Assembly: GCF_041625495.1 (NCBI RefSeq)
Contig: NZ_JBFJTH010000001.1
Coordinates: 12,933 to 76,932 of the forward strand
DNA: 64,000 bases
Direction: 5' to 3'
From: Litorivivens sp.
Lineage (GTDB): Bacteria > Pseudomonadota > Gammaproteobacteria > Pseudomonadales > Spongiibacteraceae
The notes below the pieces were generated by a model that searched no databases, was not told the origin of the DNA, and saw only the letters and a list, made by a program, of their open reading frames with translations. Below, piece after piece: positions 32,518-42,001 of this stretch. Position 1 is the stretch's first letter. Every line of letters begins with the position of its first letter. The translations under genes and the position numbers were made by a program.

Positions 32518-32712
32518 TGTGTTGCTAAATCCTTGATAACTGTGTGGGATTAACTGCTTGAAAACGCAAATAAAAGGCCCCATAAACGGCTCTGCGCTTA
32601 CGTCGAATTTGGCCTTCGTGTTAAACTGGCGAATTCTATCAGACTACGCCCGCGATTACTCGGCTGAAACACGGTTTCAGCCTGGGGCGCGGGCAGAACT
32701 TAAGAGGTATTT

Positions 32713-33339
32713 ATGTCGGAAGGTCAAACGGTTGCCGCTACTGACGGCACTGAAGTGAAAATGACCATCACCGAATCTGCGCAGGATTATCTGGCGGAGT
32801 TGCTGTCCAAGCAGGGCGACGATGTGCTGGGTGTGCGTGTGTTTATTACTCAGCCAGGTACGCCAAAGGCGGAAACCTGTATCGCCTATTGCCGTGAGGG
32901 CGATTCCAAAGAAGACGATATCCAGATTGAATATCCGGTGCTGAATGTCTTTGTAGAAAGCCGCAGCGTGCCGTTCCTGGAAGATGCGACGGTCGACTAC
33001 GCTAAGGATCGCATGGGTGGTCAGCTCACAATCAAGGCGCCAAACTCACGCCTGCCCAAGGTTAATGAAAACAGCCCCTTGGAAGATCGCGTAAATTATA
33101 TTCTCTACAACGAGGTCAATCCGTCTTTGGCAGCTCACGGTGGCGAAGTGTCGCTGGTGGAAATCACCCAGGACAAGTACGCCATCTTGAAGTTTGGTGG
33201 GGGCTGTCAGGGTTGCGGTATGGTTGACGTCACCCTGAAAGAAGGTGTCGAGAAGTCGCTGGTTGAACAGGTGCCTGAATTGGCGGGCGTTCGCGACATG
33301 ACCGATCATACCAATACTGAAAACGCGTACTTTAAATAA
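32713..33339 (+). CDS. nfuA: Fe/S biogenesis protein NfuA
   Basis: [27 protein letters not shown]; the start may instead be 32761. Confidence 0.95.
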   Translation: MSEGQTVAATDGTEVKMTITESAQDYLAELLSKQGDDVLGVRVFITQPGTPKAETCIAYCREGDSKEDDIQIEYPVLNVFVESRSVPFLEDATVDYAKDRMGGQLTIKAPNSRLPKVNENSPLEDRVNYILYNEVNPSLAAHGGEVSLVEITQDKYAILKFGGGCQGCGMVDVTLKEGVEKSLVEQVPELAGVRDMTDHTNTENAYFK

Positions 33340-33398
33340 CGCAGTCATCAATTGCGCATGATGCGCCGCAGGGCAATAGGATAAACGCCCGGCGGTGC

Positions 33399-34448
33399 TT
33401 AGTGCGCGAACAGCGCCTTTAAATTTTCGTTATAAGGCGCACTGACAATTCCCTTCTCTGTGATAATCCCGCTGACCAGCTCTGCTGGCGTTACATCAAA
33501 TGCAGGGTTAATGGTCTTGATTTCATCAATGGTGGCTTTTTGACCACCAAACCCACGCACTTCGTCGCCGTTGCGTTGCTCGATAGGAATCAGGCTGCCA
33601 TTGGCGGTTTGCAGGTCGATGGTGGAGGAGGGGCAGGCGACGTAAAACGGTATATTGTAGTGCCGCGCCAAGATTGCTACGCCCAACGTTCCGATTTTAT
33701 TGGCCACATCACCATTGGCGACGACTCTGTCGGTGCCGACTATGACCATGTCGATTGCGCCAGAGGCCATCGTTTGTGCCGCCATATTGTCCGTCAATAG
33801 TGTTACATCAATGCCGGCGCAATGGAGCTCCCAGCTGGTCAGGCGAGATCCTTGCAGCAACGGGCGCGTCTCATTGGAAAACACCCTGAATTTCTGCCCG
33901 TTTGCGTGGGCGAGGTACATTGGCGCTGTGGCCGTGCCGATGCCACCCGTGGCGAGCGCTCCGGCATTGCAGTGCGTCATAATCCCGCAGTCGTCGGTAA
34001 TTAGCGCTAGAGCTTGCTCGCCAATACCCTTGCACAGCGCCTTGTCTTCGTCATGTATGGCTTCGGCCTCGCTGACGAGTCGTGCCAGTAGCTTCGCGGT
34101 GTCGGGCTCGGTGAACGTTGCGGCAATGCTTTTCAGTCGCTCGAGCGCCCACTGTAGATTGACAGCGGTCGGTCGTGAGCTATTGATAAAATCTGCCTGA
34201 GTGATCAATTCACGTTGGAATTCTGCAAAGGCAAGGTGCCGGTGCTGCGCCATGACGACACACAGTCCGTAGGCTGCAGCAATGCCGATAGCCGGTGCAC
34301 CGCGTACCTTCAGCGCGTGGATGCTGTCAAACAGTTGCTGAGCGCTTTCCTGCTTTTCGTAATTGACACTGTGGGGTAGGCGAGTCTGATCCAATAACCA
34401 GAGCTCGCCCTTTTCCCAGCGAATAGCTGTGGGGAAATCGCTGCTCAT
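33399..34448 (-). CDS. mtnA: S-methyl-5-thioribose-1-phosphate isomerase
   Basis: LLDQTRLP, VRGAPAIG, RPTAVNL, THCNAGALAT, ETRP.LQG.RLT.WEL, NPAFDVTP. Confidence 0.95.
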   Translation of the reverse strand: MSSDFPTAIRWEKGELWLLDQTRLPHSVNYEKQESAQQLFDSIHALKVRGAPAIGIAAAYGLCVVMAQHRHLAFAEFQRELITQADFINSSRPTAVNLQWALERLKSIAATFTEPDTAKLLARLVSEAEAIHDEDKALCKGIGEQALALITDDCGIMTHCNAGALATGGIGTATAPMYLAHANGQKFRVFSNETRPLLQGSRLTSWELHCAGIDVTLLTDNMAAQTMASGAIDMVIVGTDRVVANGDVANKIGTLGVAILARHYNIPFYVACPSSTIDLQTANGSLIPIEQRNGDEVRGFGGQKATIDEIKTINPAFDVTPAELVSGIITEKGIVSAPYNENLKALFAH

Positions 34449-35515
34449 CAGCGCGCAGGCAGCACGTCTTTGAGTTTGGCGTGCATATCCAGAATGGCGG
34501 CTTCTGTTTCTTCCCAGCCTACACAGCCGTCAGTTACAGAAACGCCATACTTCAGGTCTTCCAGGTTGGCGGGGATTTTCTGATTGCCGGCGTGGATGTG
34601 GCTTTCAACCATCAGTCCGACAATAGATTTGTTGCCTTCCAGAATCTGGTTAGTCACATTCTCCATTACCAGTGGCTGCAGCTCGGGCTGCTTATTGGAG
34701 TTGGCGTGGCTGCAATCGACCATGATGTTGGCAGGCAGGTTGTGCTTGGCAAGCTCCGCTTCAGCCAATTTGATATGCACCGAGTCGTAATTGGGGCCGC
34801 CGCTACCGCCACGCAATACCACGTGTGCATAGGGGTTGCCACGGGTGTGGATTACAGCCACCTGGCCTTCGTTGTTGATTCCCAGGAAGCGGTGGGGTTT
34901 GGATGCCGATTGCATTGCGTTGATTGCGACTTCCAGCGATCCGTCAGTGCCATTTTTAAAGCCGACCGCCGAAGACAGGCCGCTGGCCATTTCCCGGTGG
35001 GTTTGCGATTCAGTGGTGCGGGCACCAATAGCGGACCAGGCAATACAATCCTGCATGTATTGAGGCGAAATGGGGTCTAGTGCCTCGGTGGAAGTGGGCA
35101 ATCCCAGCTCTGAAATATTGATAAGCAGCTCGCGGCCGATGTGCAGGCCTTCCTGAATCTTGAACGTGTCATTCAGGTAGGGGTCGTTGATCAGCCCTTT
35201 CCAGCCCACGGTGGTACGCGGTTTTTCGAAATAGACCCGCATCACCAGGTGGATGGTGTCCTCAACCTTTTCAGCCAACGCCTTGAGGCGATTGGCATAA
35301 TCCATCGCAGCCTTGGTATCGTGAATGGAGCAGGGGCCGACCACCAGAAACAGACGGTGATCCTTGCGATCGAGGATATCGCGAATGGTTTTGCGCGATT
35401 TACTGACGGTGGATGCGGCTTTCTCTGACAGTGGCAGCTCGCTCTTGAGCAACGCCGGGGTAATCAGAACTTCCTGCGCAGCAACGTTTAGATTTTCAAG
35501 TACTTCAGTATTCAT
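34448..35515 (-). CDS. DAHP synthase, type I-alpha (AroF/G/H family)
   Basis: GPCSIHD, KPRTTVGWKGLIND, IGARTTESQTHR, DCSHANS, SVTDGC. Confidence 0.96.
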   Translation of the reverse strand: MNTEVLENLNVAAQEVLITPALLKSELPLSEKAASTVSKSRKTIRDILDRKDHRLFLVVGPCSIHDTKAAMDYANRLKALAEKVEDTIHLVMRVYFEKPRTTVGWKGLINDPYLNDTFKIQEGLHIGRELLINISELGLPTSTEALDPISPQYMQDCIAWSAIGARTTESQTHREMASGLSSAVGFKNGTDGSLEVAINAMQSASKPHRFLGINNEGQVAVIHTRGNPYAHVVLRGGSGGPNYDSVHIKLAEAELAKHNLPANIMVDCSHANSNKQPELQPLVMENVTNQILEGNKSIVGLMVESHIHAGNQKIPANLEDLKYGVSVTDGCVGWEETEAAILDMHAKLKDVLPAR

Positions 35516-35590
35516 TTAATATTCCCGCGTCCCGCCGGGTGGATTGATAGCAAAGCTGGGCATTCTAACGTAAAAACAGCTGGATAGGAT

Positions 35591-35881
35591 ATGACAATAG
35601 GGCGAATGTGCACCGTTTCGGGCCTGGTAGGTCTGCTTTTTGCCTCGCTGGCGACTGCCGGTGAGCGGGTGCAAGGCCGTGAAGCTGAACTTCCCGTGAC
35701 CAAACTCAGCCCGGTCACTCGTTCCGACGACCGCGGCACTGATTACTACCAGGCGATCTCCTGTCGGGAGCTGGGTAGCGCCGATGCCAAAACGCCGCAG
35801 GAAATCGCTTATCTGGACGCCCGCAAGCGCGATTGCGTGGAACGCTATCGCGCTTTTGCGCCACGGTCATTTCAGCCATGA
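35591..35881 (+). CDS. Hypothetical small exported protein
   Basis: Signal peptide ending ATA, two Cys in the mature part, AGGA RBS; stop overlaps the rlmD start (ATGA). Confidence 0.65.
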   Translation: MTIGRMCTVSGLVGLLFASLATAGERVQGREAELPVTKLSPVTRSDDRGTDYYQAISCRELGSADAKTPQEIAYLDARKRDCVERYRAFAPRSFQP

Positions 35882-37152
35882 GTCGGTTACGAGTTTTTAA
35901 ACCCGCTAAGGTCAAGCCGGTTAAGAAGTGGCGCGATACACTGACCATAGAGTCACTCGCCGATGACGGTCGAGGTATAGCAAGGCGCCATGGGAAGGTG
36001 GTGTTCATTGACGATGCATTGCCGGGCGAAACCGTCATTGCGGAAATGCGAACTGCCGGAAAGCGCTTTGATGAGGCTCGCAGTGTCGGACGTGAAGTCA
36101 CCTCAAGCGATCGCGCCGATCCTCCCTGCACGTACTATCAGGTTTGCGGTGGCTGCCAGCTGCAGCACCTGTCGGATCGGGCGCAAATACGTTGGAAAAA
36201 TGAACGGTTTGGGGCCATGTTATCGCGTCTCGATGGGCCGCAGCCGATGACACCGTTCACTGCTGACAGTTTGCACTACCGGCATCGGTTGCGGCTGTTT
36301 TTCGATCGCGGAAAGCTTGGCCTGCGCGCGCACGGCAGTCATAGCATTGTTGCTGTGCCGAACTGCCTGATTGCCCGGACGGGACTCAGTGCGGCGCTGA
36401 AAAAGGTGTATGCACACTCTGATTGGTTGCAATATGCACACGCCGGTGAGTTGCACCTGGTCGAAGGCGCCGGCGACCGCGTGGCTGCTGTTTTAATGTT
36501 ACGAAAAAAACCAACTCAGGCGGCTCTGGATAATCTCTGCGGATCGTTTCCGATAACGCTGGCACAAGTGATTGGCGAAGGTAACGTATTGTTCGAATCA
36601 CCTGTGCAGCTGATTTACCCGGATGGCGAACTTAGTTTTGAACCCGGTGACTTTACGCAGGTAAACCCGGCCATAAACCGGCAGCTGGTGACGCAAGTCG
36701 TCGACTGGTTACACTTGGAATCGGGTGATCAAGTCGTGGATGCCTTTGCTGGCCTCGGTAATTTTTCGTTGCCCATCGCCCGAGCTGGCGTACAGGTGGT
36801 AGGGCTGGAAGTGGACGATGCCATGGTGGGAAGGGCGCGGATGCAAGCCGCTGAGCACGGCCTTGATAACCTGACTTATCTTTCTCGAGATCTATTTCAA
36901 GCTAACGCCTTGGCTGGAATTAACGTGAATAAGGCGCTACTGGATCCACCACGGGCTGGAGCCAGAGAGTTGTGTGAAGCGTTAGCCGCCTCGGCTGTTA
37001 CGCGGGTAGTATATGTGAGTTGTGATCCGGCGACGCTGGAGCGCGATCTGGCTATTCTGATCGCCGGGGGCTTTGGCATATCGGCGGCGAGGTGGGCCGA
37101 TATGTTTCCGCAAACCAGTCATATGGAATCGTTGGTATTGCTAACGCGCTGA
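35878..37152 (+). CDS. rlmD: 23S rRNA (uracil-1939-C5)-methyltransferase
   Basis: TRAM domain, C.YYQVCGGC Fe-S motif, FTQVN, DAFAGLGNF, LDPPRAG, YVSCDP, DMFPQT.H.E. Confidence 0.88.
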   Translation: MSRLRVFKPAKVKPVKKWRDTLTIESLADDGRGIARRHGKVVFIDDALPGETVIAEMRTAGKRFDEARSVGREVTSSDRADPPCTYYQVCGGCQLQHLSDRAQIRWKNERFGAMLSRLDGPQPMTPFTADSLHYRHRLRLFFDRGKLGLRAHGSHSIVAVPNCLIARTGLSAALKKVYAHSDWLQYAHAGELHLVEGAGDRVAAVLMLRKKPTQAALDNLCGSFPITLAQVIGEGNVLFESPVQLIYPDGELSFEPGDFTQVNPAINRQLVTQVVDWLHLESGDQVVDAFAGLGNFSLPIARAGVQVVGLEVDDAMVGRARMQAAEHGLDNLTYLSRDLFQANALAGINVNKALLDPPRAGARELCEALAASAVTRVVYVSCDPATLERDLAILIAGGFGISAARWADMFPQTSHMESLVLLTR

Positions 37153-37228
37153 TATCACCCGGATGGTTGTAGCTACAGGGCGCGGGTGTCGCTACTATGT
37201 GCTTAAATAATAATCAAGGTAGTGCGCG

Positions 37229-39520
37229 ATGCGGTTTGTATTTCTACTAACGGTGATTTTTCTTGCCGCCTGCAACAGCAGCTCCAGTTCCTCCCGTTCC
37301 GGCAATGCGCCCGCATCGGCGGCACCGGAGTCACCGGCGCCGGATGTTATATCGCGCTCCGCAGTTCCCAGTGGCGCGCCGCCGGCTGCCTTTGGACAAG
37401 AGCCTGTTCTTCGCACTAACCCGAGCTGGCCTTTCAAAGAGGGCGCACCACGAACCTCGGGTACAGGACGGTACGCCAATGGCGCTTTCTACTGGACAGA
37501 CTTTGTCTACGATGCTCATGGCGCGCTTGGGCCTAATCCGCCGATTTATCGAGTGGGCACCCCCAGCGGCGGCAGCTATCATTACCCCGAACCGGATCAG
37601 GCGGGTAACGGCGCTGACATATTTCGAGTGGGCATTGGCGCTGATTCCCAGAACAGCTATTGGCGAGTGGACTGGCAGACAATGCTCGCCACGGAAGTGC
37701 CGATTGCGGCTTTTGCGCTGGATTATCACAGTGGCGGTGATGACGAGATTCCTGGTGCGGGAGTGACGGCACCGGGTATAGACGCCGTGGTGCTGCTGTC
37801 GTCGGCCGGGGTAACCGTTGATTTCAAAGATGGCAATGGGCCGGTCGCCATTGGTGAGTTCAAATCGGATCTAGCGTCGCGCTCCTTTGTTGCCATTCTG
37901 CCAAAATCCCTGTTTCCGATCGATACGCAACCGTGGACCATTTATCTGGTGAGCGGCATACACGACGGCAATGGCGGATTTTTGGACGACAACGCCGCGT
38001 TCCGAAAGTTACCAACGCAGCCACCGGTTTTTAATGCTGCGTTTCGCGACTATGAAGACGAGGCGCCGTTGAATAATTTCTGGTTCGACCAACAGCAAGC
38101 CACAGCGTTAAATCAGCGCGATATTAGTGAGTTTTCCATCGAGTTGGATTGGACGAGGCTAGGCGAAACCGAGCCCGAGCCGCTCGTGAAGGGTTACAGT
38201 AATCGCTGGTATGTTTCGTCCCTATCTGGTGAGGCGCTGAAGGACGGTGGTCAGGCCGCGGGAATTGATCGAACAGAAAACCCGGTTAACCAGCCACAAT
38301 ATTATGATCAGGTGCAGCCCTATGGTTTTTATCTGCCGGAAAGTTATCGGGAGGACCCCGCAAATCCGACAGTTTTTACCTGGTTGCTGCACAGCCTCAC
38401 CCAGAATCACAATCAATACAGCGCGACTGTGCCCAATTTCCTTGATGGCGCCTGCGAACGTTTGCGCCAATCCATATGCGCGACCACATTGGGGCGCGGT
38501 CCGGCGGGCGGTTACAATGGTGCAGCTGAAGTCGATTTCTGGGAGGTGTGGCGCGATATCGCGCAGCACTTCACCATAGATTCGGAGCGCACAATCAGCA
38601 GTGGTTACTCCATGGGCGCCATCGGCACCATCAACCTGATGATTAAATACCCCGAGGTGTTCGCAGGTGGGGTTGTGCTGGCCGGTTCTCACGCCGATAG
38701 TCCGCTGTTGCCTTGTTCACCGGGATCTTCGGGCTGCGCAGAACCCAAAGGGCCCGAGTTGCTGCAGAATCTAAAGTGGAACGGCTATTATCACGCGCAT
38801 GGCAGCTTTGATCAGTTGGTTCCATTTGCGGATGCCCGTGCCACCGTTGATGCGATAAAAGACTATGGCTACCGCTATGTGTTCGATCATTATGTCGCTG
38901 AAGATCATGTTATCTGGACCCTCAAAGATATTGCTTATCCAGCGTATGAAGAAGCTGCTAAGTGGATGGTTTCATGGCTGAATGACGTAGATACCCGCAA
39001 GCAACGTCCTGGCAATTTCGTGTATCGCTGGGAACCGTCAGCGATTGATGAACGGCTCGGGGTCGGGCCACAGGGGGCGTGGTGGTTGAGCGAAATCAAA
39101 GCGATCGACAATGTCGATTTCGCGCAGGTTAGCGTAAACAGTGGTGCCATTGGCGAGGCTGACATTGTTGCGGTGCCGGGCTCGCCTGAATTCCTTCCGC
39201 CTAACCAGAAAACATTAAGCCCTGCGCTCCGTGACAGCCAAGCCTGGCAGCTCAATGATCCGTTGCCACTTAACGGTAGGGTTAGTGTTGATCTGAAAAA
39301 TGTCGCCGCGTTGTCGTTGAATCTGGCAGATGCTGGCGTTGCGGATAGAGCGGATAAACAGGTTGTGATGACTAGCGACAGCCCGGTAATGCTCACATTA
39401 ACGGCGCTTTCGAATGGCACTCTAGTGAGCAGTAGCTCGATTAGGGAGGTTGTAAGTGAAGGTCGTGTGACTCTGGCTTTGCCGGCGGGCGTTGACCAGA
39501 TAATTAACTTCTCGCAATAG
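37229..39520 (+). CDS. Large lipoprotein with an alpha/beta-hydrolase (esterase/S9-like) domain and N-terminal beta-rich domain
   Basis: Lipobox LAAC, Ser/Pro linker, GYSMG nucleophile elbow, HG..DQLVP (Asp) and EDH (His). Confidence 0.7.
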   Translation: MRFVFLLTVIFLAACNSSSSSSRSGNAPASAAPESPAPDVISRSAVPSGAPPAAFGQEPVLRTNPSWPFKEGAPRTSGTGRYANGAFYWTDFVYDAHGALGPNPPIYRVGTPSGGSYHYPEPDQAGNGADIFRVGIGADSQNSYWRVDWQTMLATEVPIAAFALDYHSGGDDEIPGAGVTAPGIDAVVLLSSAGVTVDFKDGNGPVAIGEFKSDLASRSFVAILPKSLFPIDTQPWTIYLVSGIHDGNGGFLDDNAAFRKLPTQPPVFNAAFRDYEDEAPLNNFWFDQQQATALNQRDISEFSIELDWTRLGETEPEPLVKGYSNRWYVSSLSGEALKDGGQAAGIDRTENPVNQPQYYDQVQPYGFYLPESYREDPANPTVFTWLLHSLTQNHNQYSATVPNFLDGACERLRQSICATTLGRGPAGGYNGAAEVDFWEVWRDIAQHFTIDSERTISSGYSMGAIGTINLMIKYPEVFAGGVVLAGSHADSPLLPCSPGSSGCAEPKGPELLQNLKWNGYYHAHGSFDQLVPFADARATVDAIKDYGYRYVFDHYVAEDHVIWTLKDIAYPAYEEAAKWMVSWLNDVDTRKQRPGNFVYRWEPSAIDERLGVGPQGAWWLSEIKAIDNVDFAQVSVNSGAIGEADIVAVPGSPEFLPPNQKTLSPALRDSQAWQLNDPLPLNGRVSVDLKNVAALSLNLADAGVADRADKQVVMTSDSPVMLTLTALSNGTLVSSSSIREVVSEGRVTLALPAGVDQIINFSQ

Positions 39521-39606
39521 TTCGGGTACTCGAACTTTTCCCGTGGAGTGCGCGCCTGCCCGGATTAGTTACTCCGGCAGACGCCCGTCCATCAGCGTGC
39601 AGTCTG

Positions 39607-40476
39607 CTATGACATTTTCTCGATAATGTCTTCTGCATAGCGTTTCACGCCATCTATTTTCTTGTCGATGTCGTCAGTTTCACCGTGATAAAAGGGCCAC
39701 GGCATCGTCAGAATGTGAGTGACGCCATTGTCTTCGAGTTTTTTGTAACCATCGACCGTAAAGGCATCTGATGGTGTTGCCATGACACTGAAGGGCAGGT
39801 GATCGCGACCGTATTCTTTACGGTAACCGTTCACTTTGTTGATGCACTCAATGATTTCATCCGAGGTTTGCAGGTCAGTTACCCAGCCATCACCGAGGCG
39901 TGCAGCTCGCTTCATAGCGGCGTCACTGATGCCTCCTACCCAGATTGGAATGTGGGCCGTGGGAGCGGGGTTCATTTCGAGTTTATTGAACTGGTAGTGT
40001 TTGCCTTCGTATTCCACCATCTCACCAGACCAAAGCAGACGCATGACTTCCACCATTTCGTCAGCCCGTTTCCCACGGGTATGGAAATCCTGCTGCATCA
40101 GTTGAAACTCGTCTTTTGACCAGCCCACGCCGATTGCCGGGATAATCCGATTGTTGGAAACAATGGCTGCGGTACTGATTGCTTTGGCCACCAGAAACGG
40201 ATTGCGCATTGGCAGCACAAAAATATTGTTGGTGAATTTGAGACGCTTGGTGATAGTGGCTAAGGCTCCGGCCATGACGAAGGGGTCGGGCCAGTCGGTA
40301 AACGCCTCCCAGCGACGAGAGCCGTCTTTGGTATAGGGGTAGGGAGTATCTATGGCCTCCGGGTGCACCACGTGATCTGAAAAGGACATGGCTTCCCAGC
40401 CGCACTCGTCGGCGACAGGCGCGAGCTGGGTAAGGTGGGCAACAGTGCTGAAAGACGTGGAAAGTACAAATTTCAT
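39607..40476 (-). CDS. Luciferase-like monooxygenase (LLM) class oxidoreductase of the F420-dependent TIGR03619-like group
   Basis: SDHVV.P, YPY, WPDP.V, LPMRNP..VAK, GVGW..DEF, IWVGG.S.AA.KRAARLGDGW. Confidence 0.85.
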   Translation of the reverse strand: MKFVLSTSFSTVAHLTQLAPVADECGWEAMSFSDHVVHPEAIDTPYPYTKDGSRRWEAFTDWPDPFVMAGALATITKRLKFTNNIFVLPMRNPFLVAKAISTAAIVSNNRIIPAIGVGWSKDEFQLMQQDFHTRGKRADEMVEVMRLLWSGEMVEYEGKHYQFNKLEMNPAPTAHIPIWVGGISDAAMKRAARLGDGWVTDLQTSDEIIECINKVNGYRKEYGRDHLPFSVMATPSDAFTVDGYKKLEDNGVTHILTMPWPFYHGETDDIDKKIDGVKRYAEDIIEKMS

Positions 40477-40483
40477 GGGAGTG

Positions 40484-40963
40484 TCAGAGTCCGTGTTTTT
40501 CTCTTATGTGGGTTAGCAATCCCTGCGCGGCCTTTTCCAGTGTGGAAATTACCGCATCAAATGCCTCGGCCTCTTTGTAGTAAGGATCTGGAATCTGGGC
40601 ATTGCCGCCGTGTTTGCAATAATTCATAAAGAGTTCAATGTCGCCGCTAAAGTCTTTAGGTGCCCAGGCTTCAACGTTGGTGAGATTGATGCGGTCCATC
40701 GCAATGATGTAGTCAAAATGCTGGTAGTCGTCATCGCAAATCTGCCGGGCGATCTGTTGACTGATGTCGTAGCCTGCTCGCAAAGAAGCTTCCTGTGAGC
40801 GCGTATCCGGTGCTTTGCCGACATTGAACGCCGCAGTTCCGCAGGAGTCCACGCGAATATGCTCGCTGAGACCGGCTTCTTCTATCTTTTTTTCGAGAAT
40901 GCCTTGTGCTGCCGGTGAACGACAGATATTTCCTAGGCAAACGAATAAAACACCAATGGACAT
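40484..40963 (-). CDS. Low molecular weight protein-tyrosine phosphatase
   Basis: VLFVCLGNICRSP P-loop, DPYY; start set at MSIGV. Confidence 0.93.
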   Translation of the reverse strand: MSIGVLFVCLGNICRSPAAQGILEKKIEEAGLSEHIRVDSCGTAAFNVGKAPDTRSQEASLRAGYDISQQIARQICDDDYQHFDYIIAMDRINLTNVEAWAPKDFSGDIELFMNYCKHGGNAQIPDPYYKEAEAFDAVISTLEKAAQGLLTHIREKHGL

Positions 40964-41054
40964 GGGTACTCCCTGAATCGAAGGAAAGGGTAGGGTGCAG
41001 CGCATGTTGGCGCATCACCCGAACGGAGGGGTTGGTGGCGGACCGAATGGGTAA

Positions 41055-41972
41055 TCAGTAAAGCAGGATGTCGCGCAGTTGCTGTCGCTCGACGGGGCCT
41101 ATGCCCAGACCCTGCTGCAGGTAATTGTCCATGCTGCCGTAGTGTTCGTCGATCGCAGCAAAGGCTTCGTTGAGATAGCGCTCTTGCACACCAAACAGGG
41201 CGCGCACCGCTTCGTCATTGGCGCGAAACAGGCTGCCAAGCTTAATGTAAAGTACCATCTTGTCGATGTATTCGCGGTTATAGTCGTTGCTGGCCAGATA
41301 GTCTTGTACGATGGTTTCGCGCGGCACCCCCAGCGCACTGAGTACCAGGGCGGCAGCGAAGCCGGTACGATCTTTCCCTGCAGTGCAATGAAATACGGTG
41401 GGATAGCTGGATTCAACGAGAAGTTCCTGCAGGTATTCTCGATAGACAGGCGTATATTTTTCAACCATCTCACGGTTGGCATTGACGAGGAACTGTTGCA
41501 TATCAGCCGCTGTGGTTGTGCTGGACGTGATGGTTTCAATCATTTGATCCACAGCGGCGGCCCGAATGGCGATGGGCTTATTTACAATGCGTATAGACGA
41601 ATCAGGTGCGACTCGGTTAGGTGCATCAAGACGCTCTGATTCAGACCGAAAATCTACAATACGTCGAATTTCCAGCGCTTCGAGATAGGCTTCATCAGCA
41701 CTGCTAATATCTGACAGTTTGTCTGAGCGGTAGATCAGTCCCCATCGTACTGTTTTGCCGTCGGCGGATTGGTAGCCGCCGAGGTCCCGGAAGTTATGCG
41801 CGCCATCGAAAGGCAATCTGCGCTCTTGTGGCGGGTTTTGAGCGGGCAGTGGCCGCTCTGCCAAAGGTGTATTTTTGCTGCAGGCGCTGAGCATAATGGC
41901 CAGCAATAGCAGGCCGGCGTAGCGCAATGCGTGGTGAAGTTTAACGTGCTCAGCTCGGTTTAGCGGGTACAT
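41055..41972 (-). CDS. Lipoprotein tyrosine/dual-specificity phosphatase (PtpB/IphP-like)
   Basis: Lipobox LSAC, NFRDLGGY, HCTAGKDRTG, DYLASN. Confidence 0.9.
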   Translation of the reverse strand: MYPLNRAEHVKLHHALRYAGLLLLAIMLSACSKNTPLAERPLPAQNPPQERRLPFDGAHNFRDLGGYQSADGKTVRWGLIYRSDKLSDISSADEAYLEALEIRRIVDFRSESERLDAPNRVAPDSSIRIVNKPIAIRAAAVDQMIETITSSTTTAADMQQFLVNANREMVEKYTPVYREYLQELLVESSYPTVFHCTAGKDRTGFAAALVLSALGVPRETIVQDYLASNDYNREYIDKMVLYIKLGSLFRANDEAVRALFGVQERYLNEAFAAIDEHYGSMDNYLQQGLGIGPVERQQLRDILLY

Positions 41973-42001
41973 GGAATTCCGGCGTTAAGTGAGGTTGGCG
42001 T

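Noticed and set aside
32518-32712. Cobalamin or SAM riboswitch upstream of metH
   Set aside because: Short divergent intergenic region with no B12-box or SAM consensus, only a simple hairpin near 32672-32692
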